Made by a program: the position numbers and the translations under genes
Assembly: GCA_041752775.1 (NCBI GenBank)
Contig: JBGSVU010000821.1
Coordinates: 1 to 30,211 of the forward strand
Direction of reading: 5' to 3'
DNA length: 30,211 bases
Source: Pirellulaceae bacterium
GTDB lineage: Bacteria; Planctomycetota; Planctomycetia; Pirellulales; Pirellulaceae
The notes under the pieces: model-generated
The model's input: only the letters and a program-made list of their open reading frames with translations
Database searches by the model: none
What the model was told of the DNA's origin: nothing
Shown: positions 18,501-26,937 of the stretch, one piece after another
How positions within the stretch are numbered: position 1 is the stretch's first letter
How the letters are laid out: every line of letters begins with the position of its first letter

Positions 18501-19259
18501 AAACAGGCACGCGAGCTGTTTGACGATGCCGAGGCCCTGTTGCAAAAACTGGTCGCCGGGAAACTGCTGACCGCGCGCGGGGTCTTCGGATTCTGGCCGG
18601 CCGCCAGCGACGGCGACGACGTGATTCTGTACCGCGATGAATCCCGGTCCTCGGAGCTGACCCGGTTTCACATGTTGCGGCAACAGTGGCAACGCCAGGG
18701 CCAGACCATTTACCGGTCGCTGGCCGACTATGTCGCACCGACCGGCTGTGGACGCGAGGATTTCATCGGCGCCTTTGCCGTGTCAACCGGTTTCGGATGC
18801 GACGAGCTTGCTGCACAGTTCGACCGGGAGCACGACGACTACAATTCGATCATGGTCAAGGCTCTCGCCGACCGGATGGCCGAAGCTTTTGCCGAATATC
18901 TCCACCATCAGGCCCGCATCGAGTGGGGATTCGGCGCGAACGAAAACCTCAACAACGACGAGATGATTTCCGAGCGCTATCGCGGGATTCGTCCCGCGGC
19001 CGGCTATCCGGCCTGTCCGGACCACACGGAGAAATCGACGCTGTGGCAACTGCTGGATGCCGAGAGCGCGACCGGAATTCGCCTGACCGAGTCCTTTGCG
19101 ATGTGGCCCGGCGCCAGCGTCAGTGGCCTGTACTTCGCACACCCCGAAGCCCGGTACTTTGCCATCCCCCGCATCGGCCGGGATCAACTTGAGGTGTATG
19201 CCGCCCGCAAGAAGATGCCGGTCGAGCAAATCGAACGCTGGCTGACACCCATTCTTTAA
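15561..19259 (+). CDS. metH: Cobalamin-dependent methionine synthase
   Basis: [24 protein letters not shown], cobalamin-binding [11 protein letters not shown]...GLSGLITPS...IGGA, and activation domain [12 protein letters not shown]. Start placed at TTG 15561 (GGGAG at 15549-15553), about 1232 aa. Confidence 0.98.
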   Translation: MSTQSIATTADLLRDRLEHSVLILDGAMGTMVQALKLDEMAMRGERFRDHHKDLKNFTDILCLTHPDKVTEIHRQYFAAGADIVETNTFGASVAGMEDFDFANATELVREINLAAAACARRACDEFSERTPDRPRFVAGSIGPTAKQTAISTKVDDPSFRNTNFQEMEASYYAQVAALVEGGVDILLPETVIDTLNLKACLFAIQRYFDTTGNVVPVMVSGTFDRGGATFVSGQSVEAFWNAIAHFPVLSVGINCALGPELMRPFVEELSKISSAKVSCHPNAGLPNEMGQYDMTPARMAQLVGEFADNGWVNIVGGCCGTSPGHIAAIADRMKQSKPHRAGALPAWTRLSGTQPLTLRPDANFLMIGERTNVTGSRMFARLIRDGKFEDAVEVARQQVEGGAAVIDINMDDALLDGEEAMEKYLRLIAGESDISRVPVMIDSSKWSVIERGLQNVQGKAIVNSISMKDGEQAFVQRARLVRQYGAAAVVMAFDENGQAVEKDDKVRICQRAYKILTEEVGFPPEDIIFDPNILTVATGIEEHNNYAVNFIEATREIKATCPGAKVSGGVSNVSFSFRGNDVVREAIHSAFLFHAIRAGLDMGIVNAGQLAIYEEVPKDLLEHVEDVLFNRRPDATDRLVTLAESFLGKGSKKAVEDLAWRETTPQERIKYAMIRGIDRFIVEDVDEARQHYNRCLQIIEGPMMDGMAVVGDLFGAGKMFLPQVVKSARVMKKGVAHLLPFMEAEKEASGQATQEFRGKILLATVKGDVHDIGKNIVGVVLACNNYEIIDLGVMVSAEKILDTAIREGVDIVGLSGLITPSLDEMAHVAREMKRRGLTIPLLIGGATTSDKHTAVKIAPQYDHPVIHVLDASRSVGVVEKLTNPDRLAECDRENRELQQQLVDSYESRQLTLVPYNEALQNRFPTDWNTVRIDRPSFSGTRVIDGLPLEKLVDYIDWSPFFQSWELHGKYPKIFDDKVVGKQARELFDDAEALLQKLVAGKLLTARGVFGFWPAASDGDDVILYRDESRSSELTRFHMLRQQWQRQGQTIYRSLADYVAPTGCGREDFIGAFAVSTGFGCDELAAQFDREHDDYNSIMVKALADRMAEAFAEYLHHQARIEWGFGANENLNNDEMISERYRGIRPAAGYPACPDHTEKSTLWQLLDAESATGIRLTESFAMWPGASVSGLYFAHPEARYFAIPRIGRDQLEVYAARKKMPVEQIERWLTPIL

Positions 19260-19283
19260 AGGGACAGCGCCACAAGAATTGGG

Positions 19284-19411
19284 GTACGATGGACGTCCTC
19301 GTCCGTCGACAATTGAGAAATTCGACGTCCCCGTCCGTCGAAAACTGAGAAATTCAACGTCCTCGTCCGTCGAAAACAGCGAAATTCGACGGACGAGGAC
19401 GTCCATCGTAC
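19284..19411. repeat. REP doublet (REPIN-like) copy 2, expanded 128-bp form with three tandem 32-bp units
   Basis: Same perfect 25-bp arms (19284-19308, 19387-19411). Interior: loop14 (19309-19322), connector18, loop14 (19341-19354), connector18, loop14 (19373-19386). Lies 24 nt after the metH stop. Confidence 0.93.
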
Positions 19412-19462
19412 ATTCACAACACGCCGAAGGCGCTCCGTCAATCCGGACCTTTCATTCCACAG

Positions 19463-19520
19463 GCCACTACCTGGTGACGCTACCCGATGACGTTACCCGT
19501 TAACGCTACCCGGTAACGCT
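19463..19520. repeat. Degenerate 13-bp tandem repeat (about 4.5 units) spanning the oxidoreductase stop codon
   Basis: gccactacctggt / gacgctacccgat / gacgttacccgtt / aacgctacccggt / aacgct. Confidence 0.7.
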
Positions 19521-21104
19521 GACTTTTTCCCTCTCCAGCACGCACATTGCGGCGTTGCGACCTGGCACCCCGCTGACAGCCCCGCCGCGCAAGGCAGATG
19601 ATCCAGCGAGGAAAACATTGGGGTATTCGGTTTCCACGCCCCACTTTCCCACTTCTTCCGGATTGTCCGTAAAGAACCAGGAAAGTGAGTTGTGGAAGAT
19701 ATTCCCGTAATCCAGACCAATTTCCTGTTCCAGTTCCTGCGGTGTACGGATTTCGATACATGGTTTGCCATCGCGGTCCCGCGCGACACAGTCGAGAAAA
19801 GGCTCGGCACAGATGCGGTCCAGTCCGTCGAGATAAAGTTGCTGGACCCGGTCCCGTCGCACGTCGTGATCCGATTCGAACAGGCGATAGGGCATGTCCA
19901 GCCCAAACAGCGTCAGCGTGTGAAATCCGGCCTGCTGCAGTTCCGGCGACAGAATCGAGTCGTCCGTCAGTGTGTGACAGTAGATTTCGCCAGGTGCCGG
20001 ATCGGGAATTTCTTTTCGCGCGGCCCGCTGATAAGACGTTTGCATCTGGCCGTAGCCTTCATCGATATGAAAGGACCCGGCAAAGGCCTCTTCACGGCTC
20101 ACACCAGCGGCCCGGACTTTCGGCAGCCGTTTCAGCAACATGTTCATTTTGATTACCGAACCCTCGTCCGTATCGACCGGTTTCCACGGCTGGTTCAGCA
20201 GTCGGTTGAAAACCCGCGGCGTGGCATTGACCAGGATGTATCTGGCGCTGACCGTGTGCTCCCGCTCTTCATGGGTAAAGGTCACGGCAGTCCGGTCCAG
20301 ATGCGGGTCGATCGCGGTGGCGGTGGCCCCGGTGGCAAAGGTGACACCATGTGACCTGCAGCACGCGACGAGTGAATCGACCAGCGCACGCATCCCGCCA
20401 ACCGGCACTCGCCATTCGCCGGTTCCGCCGCCGATAACGTGATACAGAAAACACCTGTTCTGAATTAGCGATGGGTCATGAGGACTGGAAAACACTCCAA
20501 TTTTCCCATCCGTCATCACCAGCCCGCGCAGGACATCATTCTGAATGTACCGCTCGATCACTTCACCCAGCGGCCGTTCGACAAAAGCATCCCACGCTTC
20601 CCGCTGCAGGGGTGTTTCCAGTTTCCCAAAAAAATCGGTCCGCGCCCGCAAGGGCTTCAGCAATGACGGCCAGACAATCTCTGCCAGCGCGGTCTGCAGC
20701 TGCAGCAGTTTCTGGTAATCGTCCCAGTCCCGGCTGTTGCCAGTCAGTTGCAGCATCGATTCCCTCGAGCGGGCCGGGTCGACGTTGGACAACACCAGTC
20801 CCTGGGCGACGCCGCTGGAATCGGTGTAAGCCGTAAAGGAGGCCGTCTTCCTGCGCTTCGTCTCGAATTTCAGCCCCAGCTCATCCACAATCGACTGGGG
20901 CAACAGAGAAACCAGATAGGCGTACCGCGACAGCCATGCGTCGTAATCGGGAAAGACTTTTTTCGAGGCCGTGGCGCCGCCCAGTTCGTCCCGTTGTTCC
21001 AGGACGAGTACCGAGTGCCCCGCCCGCGCCAAATAGGCCGCTGCCACCAACCCGTTGTGCCCGCTGCCAATGACGACCGTGTCGTATCCCGATTCTGGTT
21101 TCAT
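19506..21104 (-). CDS. FAD-dependent oxidoreductase, phytoene dehydrogenase-like family
   Basis: N-terminal Rossmann motif VVIGSGHNGLVAAAYLARAG...VLEQRDELGGA, VPVGGMRALV, and C-terminal FLAGSSALRGGAVSGVPGRNAA; start placed at ATG 21104. Confidence 0.88.
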   Translation of the reverse strand: MKPESGYDTVVIGSGHNGLVAAAYLARAGHSVLVLEQRDELGGATASKKVFPDYDAWLSRYAYLVSLLPQSIVDELGLKFETKRRKTASFTAYTDSSGVAQGLVLSNVDPARSRESMLQLTGNSRDWDDYQKLLQLQTALAEIVWPSLLKPLRARTDFFGKLETPLQREAWDAFVERPLGEVIERYIQNDVLRGLVMTDGKIGVFSSPHDPSLIQNRCFLYHVIGGGTGEWRVPVGGMRALVDSLVACCRSHGVTFATGATATAIDPHLDRTAVTFTHEEREHTVSARYILVNATPRVFNRLLNQPWKPVDTDEGSVIKMNMLLKRLPKVRAAGVSREEAFAGSFHIDEGYGQMQTSYQRAARKEIPDPAPGEIYCHTLTDDSILSPELQQAGFHTLTLFGLDMPYRLFESDHDVRRDRVQQLYLDGLDRICAEPFLDCVARDRDGKPCIEIRTPQELEQEIGLDYGNIFHNSLSWFFTDNPEEVGKWGVETEYPNVFLAGSSALRGGAVSGVPGRNAAMCVLEREKVSVTG

Positions 21105-21298
21105 GAAATTCCTTTGAAAGCACGTTTTCAGGGGACGACGGCCATCATAACTTTCCGAACCATGCCGGTCAATCAATTCGCCCGTCCACGGTCTGTCCGG
21201 CGCCAACATTAAGTCAAGTGGTCCAGACGTTTCACATTGCCATTTCGCCAGGTCACACCAATTGCTGATTCAATTGAATTGCAGTCGTCTTCTCGCGA

Positions 21299-21883
21299 TC
21301 ATAAAAACCGTTCGGCAATTCGCTGCAGGGTTCGCAGGTTGCGCATCGTGTTGGGAGCGTCAATGGCTTTGTCCAGCTGGTTTCCCTCGAACAGTTTTGA
21401 GTCACTGATCTTCGGGCCGCGACAGAGCCACCAGAGCTCGCTCCCGGAAAACGCGAAATCGTCGTAGTCACCACGGAGTGCAAGGAGGCGTTTTTTCATG
21501 GACGCCGTCGCAGGATTCATCAGAAAAATCACATGAACCGTGAACTGCTTCTGCTGACTGGTATTCAACTCAAACGGGTTTGCCGCGGCAGTCTGGACGA
21601 TTTGATCCAAATGGCGGAGGAACGTCGCTGCCTCAAAACCCAGCGTCCTGAACAGTTGCCGCTCAATATCGGCCCCCAGTTTTTCCTGGTCCTTCCGCCC
21701 CGTCTCAAAAATCACATTGCCACTGGCGAGAAATGTCCGGATATTTTCCAGTCCGGCCGCTGAAAACGCCTCGATCAGTTGCGGACTCTTTGCCGTTCGC
21801 TTGCCAAGGTTGACGCCGCGCAGAAACGCAACGTATCGCGGGTTCGTTTTTTCCGGTTTTACCGCGTTCAACTTCTTTGCCAT
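21299..21883 (-). CDS. DUF1697 family protein
   Basis: RYVAFLRGVNLG, NIRTFLASGNVIF and TMRNLRT family motifs. Confidence 0.85.
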   Translation of the reverse strand: MAKKLNAVKPEKTNPRYVAFLRGVNLGKRTAKSPQLIEAFSAAGLENIRTFLASGNVIFETGRKDQEKLGADIERQLFRTLGFEAATFLRHLDQIVQTAAANPFELNTSQQKQFTVHVIFLMNPATASMKKRLLALRGDYDDFAFSGSELWWLCRGPKISDSKLFEGNQLDKAIDAPNTMRNLRTLQRIAERFL

Positions 21884-21940
21884 GGCCCTTTCCCGGTTGT
21901 TATGTTGTTTGTTCCTGCATTATCCGGCAGTATTCTGCTG

Positions 21941-23377
21941 TCATCCAGGGACTTGACCGTTTTCGCCCGCAAACCTAGCGGTTTCCAGTTCCGCGGCTTC
22001 GACGATGGCATTGATCAGCGTGTCCAGATGCTGGGGCTGTGTATACAGGTTCACCATGTTCAGCCGCAGCCACGATTGCCCGGCGTGAAGCGTCGTCGCA
22101 AACCACGCCAGGCCCGAATCGCAGACGCGACGGGCAATCGCGATTTGCAGATCGTTCAGACGCACTGCAGGAACGCCGTCCGGTTCCCACCGGGCGCAGG
22201 CGATCGACAATACTCCGCCGGGCATCACGCGAAAACCGTGTGACTGCAGCCGTTTTTCAATCTCGCGGGTCAGGCGGATGTTGCGCGGAATGTGATCGAG
22301 TAACGTTTTCCAGCCACAGGCGCGGATCGCAAACCAGACCGCAAGGGGCGTCGAACGCCGCGAGGTCGGCAGCCCCCGCTGGTACGCTTCGACATAGTCG
22401 CCATCGGGAATGTACGCGGCCGCAATCCGGAAGGCTGACCGGTTGGCATCGGCATGACGCGTCATGAAGACTCCGGCTGTCAGCGGCATGAACAGCCATT
22501 TGTGCAAATCGATCGCGATCGAGTCCGCCCGGTTCATGCCGTCCACCAGATGGGCCAGTTCCGGCACCAGCCCCACCGCGCCGCCGTAACAGGCATCCAC
22601 GTGGAACCAGATCCCGTGCCGTTCGCACAAGTCCGCAATACCAGGCAGCGGATCGATCGCACCGGTTCCCGTCGCTCCCGCCGTGGCGAAAACGGCAAAC
22701 GGCTGACATCCCGACTGAATGTCTTCGTCAATGGAACGCTGCAATTCTTCGATCCGCATCTCACCCCGGGCTCCGGCCTGGATGACTGAAATCGACGACT
22801 GGCCAAAACCCGCTGCCATCGCCGAACGGACTATCGACAGATGCGATCCGTCGGCAACATAGATGCGAGGCAATTTTTTGAGGGCCTGGGGCCCAATCTT
22901 TTCCCATTCCGGAAAATGCACGTTGCGGGCCAGAACCATTGCATGCAAATTGGCGAAGGTGCCGCCAGGCAAAAACAGTCCGTCGCAGGGATACTGCAGC
23001 TTCTCCGAAAGTGCTCGGAGGATCTCCTGTTCTACAGCTGCGGCAACGGGGCCCTGATGTGTCGCTCCGTTGTTATTGTCGATGATCGAAACCAGCAAAT
23101 CGCCCAGTGCCGCCGGCGGCCAGGGGGAAGAATTGACCAGCCCCAAATAAAGCGGATGGTTCATCGCCATGCTGTGACGGATCACGCGGTCAAACTCCTC
23201 TTCGATGACGCGGTCCAGCCCGATACCGGAATCCCCCAGAGTGTTCGTAAACCCGGCAAAGCACGCTTCACGCGAAATCTCCGGCATGACCCGGCCAGCC
23301 GGGACATTGGACAGGTACTCCGCAATTCGCTCCACCAGCCGTTTTCCTGCCGCTTCAAATTCCGTCGCTTGCATCAA
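21941..23377 (-). CDS. Group II pyridoxal-phosphate-dependent amino acid decarboxylase (substrate unknown)
   Basis: GLFLPGGTFANL, SHLSI, TAGATGTGAIDPL, WFHVDACYGG and ADSIAIDLHKW (PLP lysine). Confidence 0.9.
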   Translation of the reverse strand: MMQATEFEAAGKRLVERIAEYLSNVPAGRVMPEISREACFAGFTNTLGDSGIGLDRVIEEEFDRVIRHSMAMNHPLYLGLVNSSPWPPAALGDLLVSIIDNNNGATHQGPVAAAVEQEILRALSEKLQYPCDGLFLPGGTFANLHAMVLARNVHFPEWEKIGPQALKKLPRIYVADGSHLSIVRSAMAAGFGQSSISVIQAGARGEMRIEELQRSIDEDIQSGCQPFAVFATAGATGTGAIDPLPGIADLCERHGIWFHVDACYGGAVGLVPELAHLVDGMNRADSIAIDLHKWLFMPLTAGVFMTRHADANRSAFRIAAAYIPDGDYVEAYQRGLPTSRRSTPLAVWFAIRACGWKTLLDHIPRNIRLTREIEKRLQSHGFRVMPGGVLSIACARWEPDGVPAVRLNDLQIAIARRVCDSGLAWFATTLHAGQSWLRLNMVNLYTQPQHLDTLINAIVEAAELETARFAGENGQVPG

Positions 23378-23682
23378 AATATGCTTCCGTTTGTTATTCT
23401 GGTGAGGTCTGGCAATTCAGCGTAGTTCAGCCCTGCTGAGTCCAGAACCGGGAGCCATCTGGCGTTTCGTTCCAGTCCGTATCCGCCCGATTGTAATGTG
23501 CAAATCCAGAAGCGTGGTGAATCACGGTGCCCACAATATTCTGCATCAGGTTTCGGCAATGCCGGAATCCGGAAAACAATCCGGCTGGACGCTTTTCCGA
23601 GATACGCTCCATCGGACTGCTCGTACAGCAGGCCGGCACCGGAGCATTGGCGAATCCCGTTGTCCCAGGCACCTGACACCGA

Positions 23683-24309
23683 ATGAGTCGATTGAACCAC
23701 AGATCGGCCGGCGGAATGACCCGCGCTTTTTACCGTCGCGATCCGGTGACCGTCGCGCGGGAGTTGCTGGGACAGCGCCTGGTTCATATTGTCGACGGGC
23801 AAAGAATCGCCGGAATAATCGTCGAAACCGAAGCGTACCTCGGCGTCCAGGACCGTGCGGCTCATTCTTTTGGTGGTCGGCGAACGGCGCGAACCGCGAC
23901 CATGTACGCCGACGGGGGAACGGCTTACGTTTTTCTCAACTATGGAATACATCACTTGCTAAATATTGTCACCGACGGTGTCGAAGTGCCGACCGCGGTG
24001 TTGCTGCGCGCCATCGAGCCCACCGAAGGCGTCCCGACCATGTATCGCTATCGCCCGGCAGCCAGACGGGAAACCGGACTCTGTTCCGGGCCTGGAAAAC
24101 TGGGTGCCGCTTTTGCCATCGACCGGACGCATGACGGCATGGACCTGGTCACCTCCCCTGCCCTGTTCGTCGAACGGGTCCGCAAAAAACCGTTGCCCAA
24201 AAAATCGATCGTGGTTTCCCGCCGGATAGGAGTCGATTACGCGGGTGCATGGGCAGTCAAGCCCCTGCGGTTTCATTTGAGCGGAAACCCGCACGTCAGC
24301 CGGCAATGA
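23683..24309 (+). CDS. mpg: 3-methyladenine DNA glycosylase (MPG/AAG family)
   Basis: FYRRDPVTVARELLG, IVETEAY, GTAYVFLNYGIHHLLNIV, AVLLRAIEP, SGPGKL and SRRIGV. The start may be 23716. Confidence 0.93.
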   Translation: MSRLNHRSAGGMTRAFYRRDPVTVARELLGQRLVHIVDGQRIAGIIVETEAYLGVQDRAAHSFGGRRTARTATMYADGGTAYVFLNYGIHHLLNIVTDGVEVPTAVLLRAIEPTEGVPTMYRYRPAARRETGLCSGPGKLGAAFAIDRTHDGMDLVTSPALFVERVRKKPLPKKSIVVSRRIGVDYAGAWAVKPLRFHLSGNPHVSRQ

Positions 24310-24347
24310 ATTCAGGATCAGTTCACGGACCGCAGATCAAATGGTTC

Positions 24348-24474
24348 GTACGATGGACGTCCTCGTCCGTCGATGATCGCCGTTTTGGCCAAACGATGAC
24401 GTCGATGATCGCCGTTTTGGACCAACAAAGACGCGATGATCGCTGTATACGACGGACGAGGACGTCCATCGTCC
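24348..24474. repeat. REP doublet (REPIN-like) copy 3, expanded 127-bp form
   Basis: Left arm perfect (24348-24372); right arm 24450-24474 with one mismatch. Interior: loop14 atgatcgccgtttt, connector18, identical loop14, connector17, loop14 atgatcgctgtata. Lies between the convergent mpg and DUF1579 stops. Confidence 0.9.
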
Positions 24475-24481
24475 ATGTTTG

Positions 24482-25066
24482 CTATTCCTTGACCCGCTTG
24501 TAAACGGTCTCCACCGCTTTGGACTCCTGTCCGTCGGGCATGATGTTGTAGGCCGTGATTGTCAGATGATCGGCGTCGATCAATTCGTAATCCGTGCGCC
24601 ATCCGCCCTGGGGCTCGCCCGCCTTCCAGTCATACTTTCCAGAAACCGAAAAACCCCGCTCGATTGCATCCCCTTCGCTGACCAGAATCGCATAGCTCAT
24701 GTGAAAATCGTCCATCCAGCAGACCTGGAACTTTTTCGTGATGCCGTTCATCGCCAGCGCTTCCTCGCCCCGCCGCGGTTTCCCCTGCATCGAACCTTCG
24801 TAGGTGTGCCGGAAGAATTTGCCATTCAGAACCGCCTTGATCTCGCCCGTCACCTGTGACTCGTCCGCCAGTTTCCCTGGCTCGAACCACGTTTTGGCCG
24901 TCCCCTGCCACTTGCCCACACACTGCCCAAGAAACTTTTCCTGTTCTGCCATTTTTTCCTCGCTCTGTTTTTCCGGATTCTTGCCTTCCTCCTGTCCCAA
25001 TGCGGTTCCTCCAACTGCCAGCAAGGACAAGAAAACAGCAAGAAATCCTTTCGTCAATCGATTCAT
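24482..25066 (-). CDS. Secreted DUF1579-family protein
   Basis: Signal peptide (MNRLTKGFLAVFLSLLAVGGTALG|QEE), then VGKWQGTAKTWFEPG, CWMDDFHM, GWRTDYELIDADHLTITAYNIMPDGQESKAVETVYKR; start placed at 25066. Confidence 0.82.
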   Translation of the reverse strand: MNRLTKGFLAVFLSLLAVGGTALGQEEGKNPEKQSEEKMAEQEKFLGQCVGKWQGTAKTWFEPGKLADESQVTGEIKAVLNGKFFRHTYEGSMQGKPRRGEEALAMNGITKKFQVCWMDDFHMSYAILVSEGDAIERGFSVSGKYDWKAGEPQGGWRTDYELIDADHLTITAYNIMPDGQESKAVETVYKRVKE

Positions 25067-25233
25067 GGGGTTTCCCATTCTGGAACAATGTTCGCTAATT
25101 CGCCGCCGGTCCAGTATAGCCATCCCAAAAACCGTCGAACACGCATCGAATCTGCCTGCCTGGCCATAATCACACCGGTGAATCGGCGTTTTCATTTGGC
25201 CAGAAGAAAACTCGTTTCGGAATCAAGAAAATT

Positions 25234-26868
25234 CTATTTCATCGTGGGATCGGACCGCTGAATGGTCAGTGATTCCGAAACGTGCCAGCGATAATCCGGG
25301 GCTTCGTTCTGCGGGCGAAACTGATAAGTGACCCCCTCGATCAAATCGCGTCGGTCGCCACCCCCAAACGGAACGTAGATTCGCAGCCGGTTGCTGGACA
25401 GCCAGTAGCACCCGGAGTCAAAACCAACAGCCAGCCGATTTGCCTGGACTCCATCCGGAACATCTGATTTGACATCCATATAGACCCGCAAATCCGCCCG
25501 GGCCAGAAAAGCCCGGATTTCATCCTGATCGCGAAACCCGGTTACATCCGCGATCAGCCCGAAACGGTTGCGGCGCTGGCAATTCTCCCGAATTTCTTCG
25601 GGCAAGTCCGGCGAATCCGTCCAGCGAATCTTTTCGACTGTCATCGTCGCAACATGGGCTTCCGGCAGTTCCACTTGGCAATGCACTCCAACTTCGTCGC
25701 GAAGCGAAATCGCAGAATAGGGATTCGGGCCGTCAAAAGGGTGATCCGTAAAATCCGGCATGCCGCGACGACCGATCGTTTCTGACATCCGCGCGTCAGC
25801 CCAGTCATGAAACGTCGCGACATGCGTCATCAATCCAAACATGCCTGGGTCGTAAATGTTTTGTCCCAAACGGTCGTAGTTCAGCCTTCGCCAGCGTCCG
25901 CCTACCCAGACTTCGTTGTAAGTGTGCGAAGCCCAGCTTCCCTGGAGGGGCTGGATCGCTTCCAGCAGCGTGTTGCGAACGCCGGACTGCTTCAGCCGCC
26001 GAATCATGGCAATCTCGCTGTCGTCGTTGGCGTCGACGATTGGGATGCAAAGAATGGTCCTTGTAGGCAAACCGACGGCGCGCAAACAACCGTTCAGGTA
26101 AATCGCCGAAGACGAACACGATCCGCGCAATTTGTGGCGGAACATTCCGGCGGCCGAAATCTCCCGTTCCCACTGTTCTTCGGGAGTCCACTCGCTCCCC
26201 TGGCCGACCAGGTGCTTTCGCTCTTCCGGAATATAAGGTCTTCCCTTTTCATCAAAAGCCGTCGAAAAGCAGGAAAATCCGTCCTGAAATTCGGTCCGTT
26301 TCAATAACCATTTCGAAACCTGCTCGGCAGTCTGCTGGTCATCCAGGGTCCCCGAATCAATACCATCCGCCTTGAGGGCCTCGACAATCTCCCGCCGCAA
26401 TTCGGGTGTCCAATCGGCGGTCGGTCCTGGCTCCAGCCATCGGGCCAAACCCAGGGATGGATCCAGAATCGAATCCCGCCACTGGTCATCGGCACGGATC
26501 GCGCTGGCAACCCTGTTCATGGGATAATGGACCACTTCCAGTTCGACGGAGTTCTTTGTCTCGTCCAGAATCCGCGCATCCTGGTAGTCGTCATTGAGAA
26601 ACTCAATCGTGACCGGTCTCATCACCTGGACAACCGATCGAATGGTGTATTGAAACTCGCGTCGTTCCAGCCACTCTCCATCGCCAATCCCGTCGCCATC
26701 GGAATCGGCCTTGTTCGGGTCGGTCAGGTATTTGTATTGCTCATGAAAATCTGACAGCCCGTCCCCATCCGAATCCAAATCCTGGGCAATGACCAGGCAA
26801 CAGAACAACAATTGACTGCAGATGAACGCGAATATCCGCAGGTTCGCAGAAATCAAATTCATGTTCAT
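25234..26868 (-). CDS. Secreted transglutaminase-like (papain-fold Cys protease) protein with N-terminal calcium-binding DxDGDG repeats
   Basis: Signal peptide; DSDGDGLSD...TDPNKADSDGDGIGDG; GSCSSSAIY...LRAVGLPTR; SHTYNEVWVGGRWRRLNYD. Confidence 0.8.
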   Translation of the reverse strand: MNMNLISANLRIFAFICSQLLFCCLVIAQDLDSDGDGLSDFHEQYKYLTDPNKADSDGDGIGDGEWLERREFQYTIRSVVQVMRPVTIEFLNDDYQDARILDETKNSVELEVVHYPMNRVASAIRADDQWRDSILDPSLGLARWLEPGPTADWTPELRREIVEALKADGIDSGTLDDQQTAEQVSKWLLKRTEFQDGFSCFSTAFDEKGRPYIPEERKHLVGQGSEWTPEEQWEREISAAGMFRHKLRGSCSSSAIYLNGCLRAVGLPTRTILCIPIVDANDDSEIAMIRRLKQSGVRNTLLEAIQPLQGSWASHTYNEVWVGGRWRRLNYDRLGQNIYDPGMFGLMTHVATFHDWADARMSETIGRRGMPDFTDHPFDGPNPYSAISLRDEVGVHCQVELPEAHVATMTVEKIRWTDSPDLPEEIRENCQRRNRFGLIADVTGFRDQDEIRAFLARADLRVYMDVKSDVPDGVQANRLAVGFDSGCYWLSSNRLRIYVPFGGGDRRDLIEGVTYQFRPQNEAPDYRWHVSESLTIQRSDPTMK

Positions 26869-26937
26869 GACTTGCCCTCAAAACAAAAACCGAACCGAAC
26901 ATCCATATGAAAAATTTCGGCTGATCCACGATCCGAT

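Noticed and set aside
16368-18692. 774-aa antisense ORF inside metH (likewise 4692-6092, 9161-10723, 10740-12221, 1662-2747)
   Set aside because: Shadow ORFs opposite well-supported genes in GC-rich DNA, with no recognisable motifs.
19292-19387. Regularly spaced repeats resembling a mini CRISPR array (also 24371-24449)
   Set aside because: The intervening 14-15-nt segments resemble each other rather than being unique spacers, the units lie inside an inverted-repeat element, and no cas genes are present.
18783-19503. ORFs with repeated peptides such as RWTSSSV and DGRGRPSY (also 3867-4199 and 24249-24602)
   Set aside because: These are translations of the REP arms, not proteins.
19506-21104. 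Carotenoid pathway gene crtI
   Set aside because: Family motifs fit the wider phytoene-dehydrogenase-like group and no crtB/crtE genes are nearby, so no symbol was assigned.
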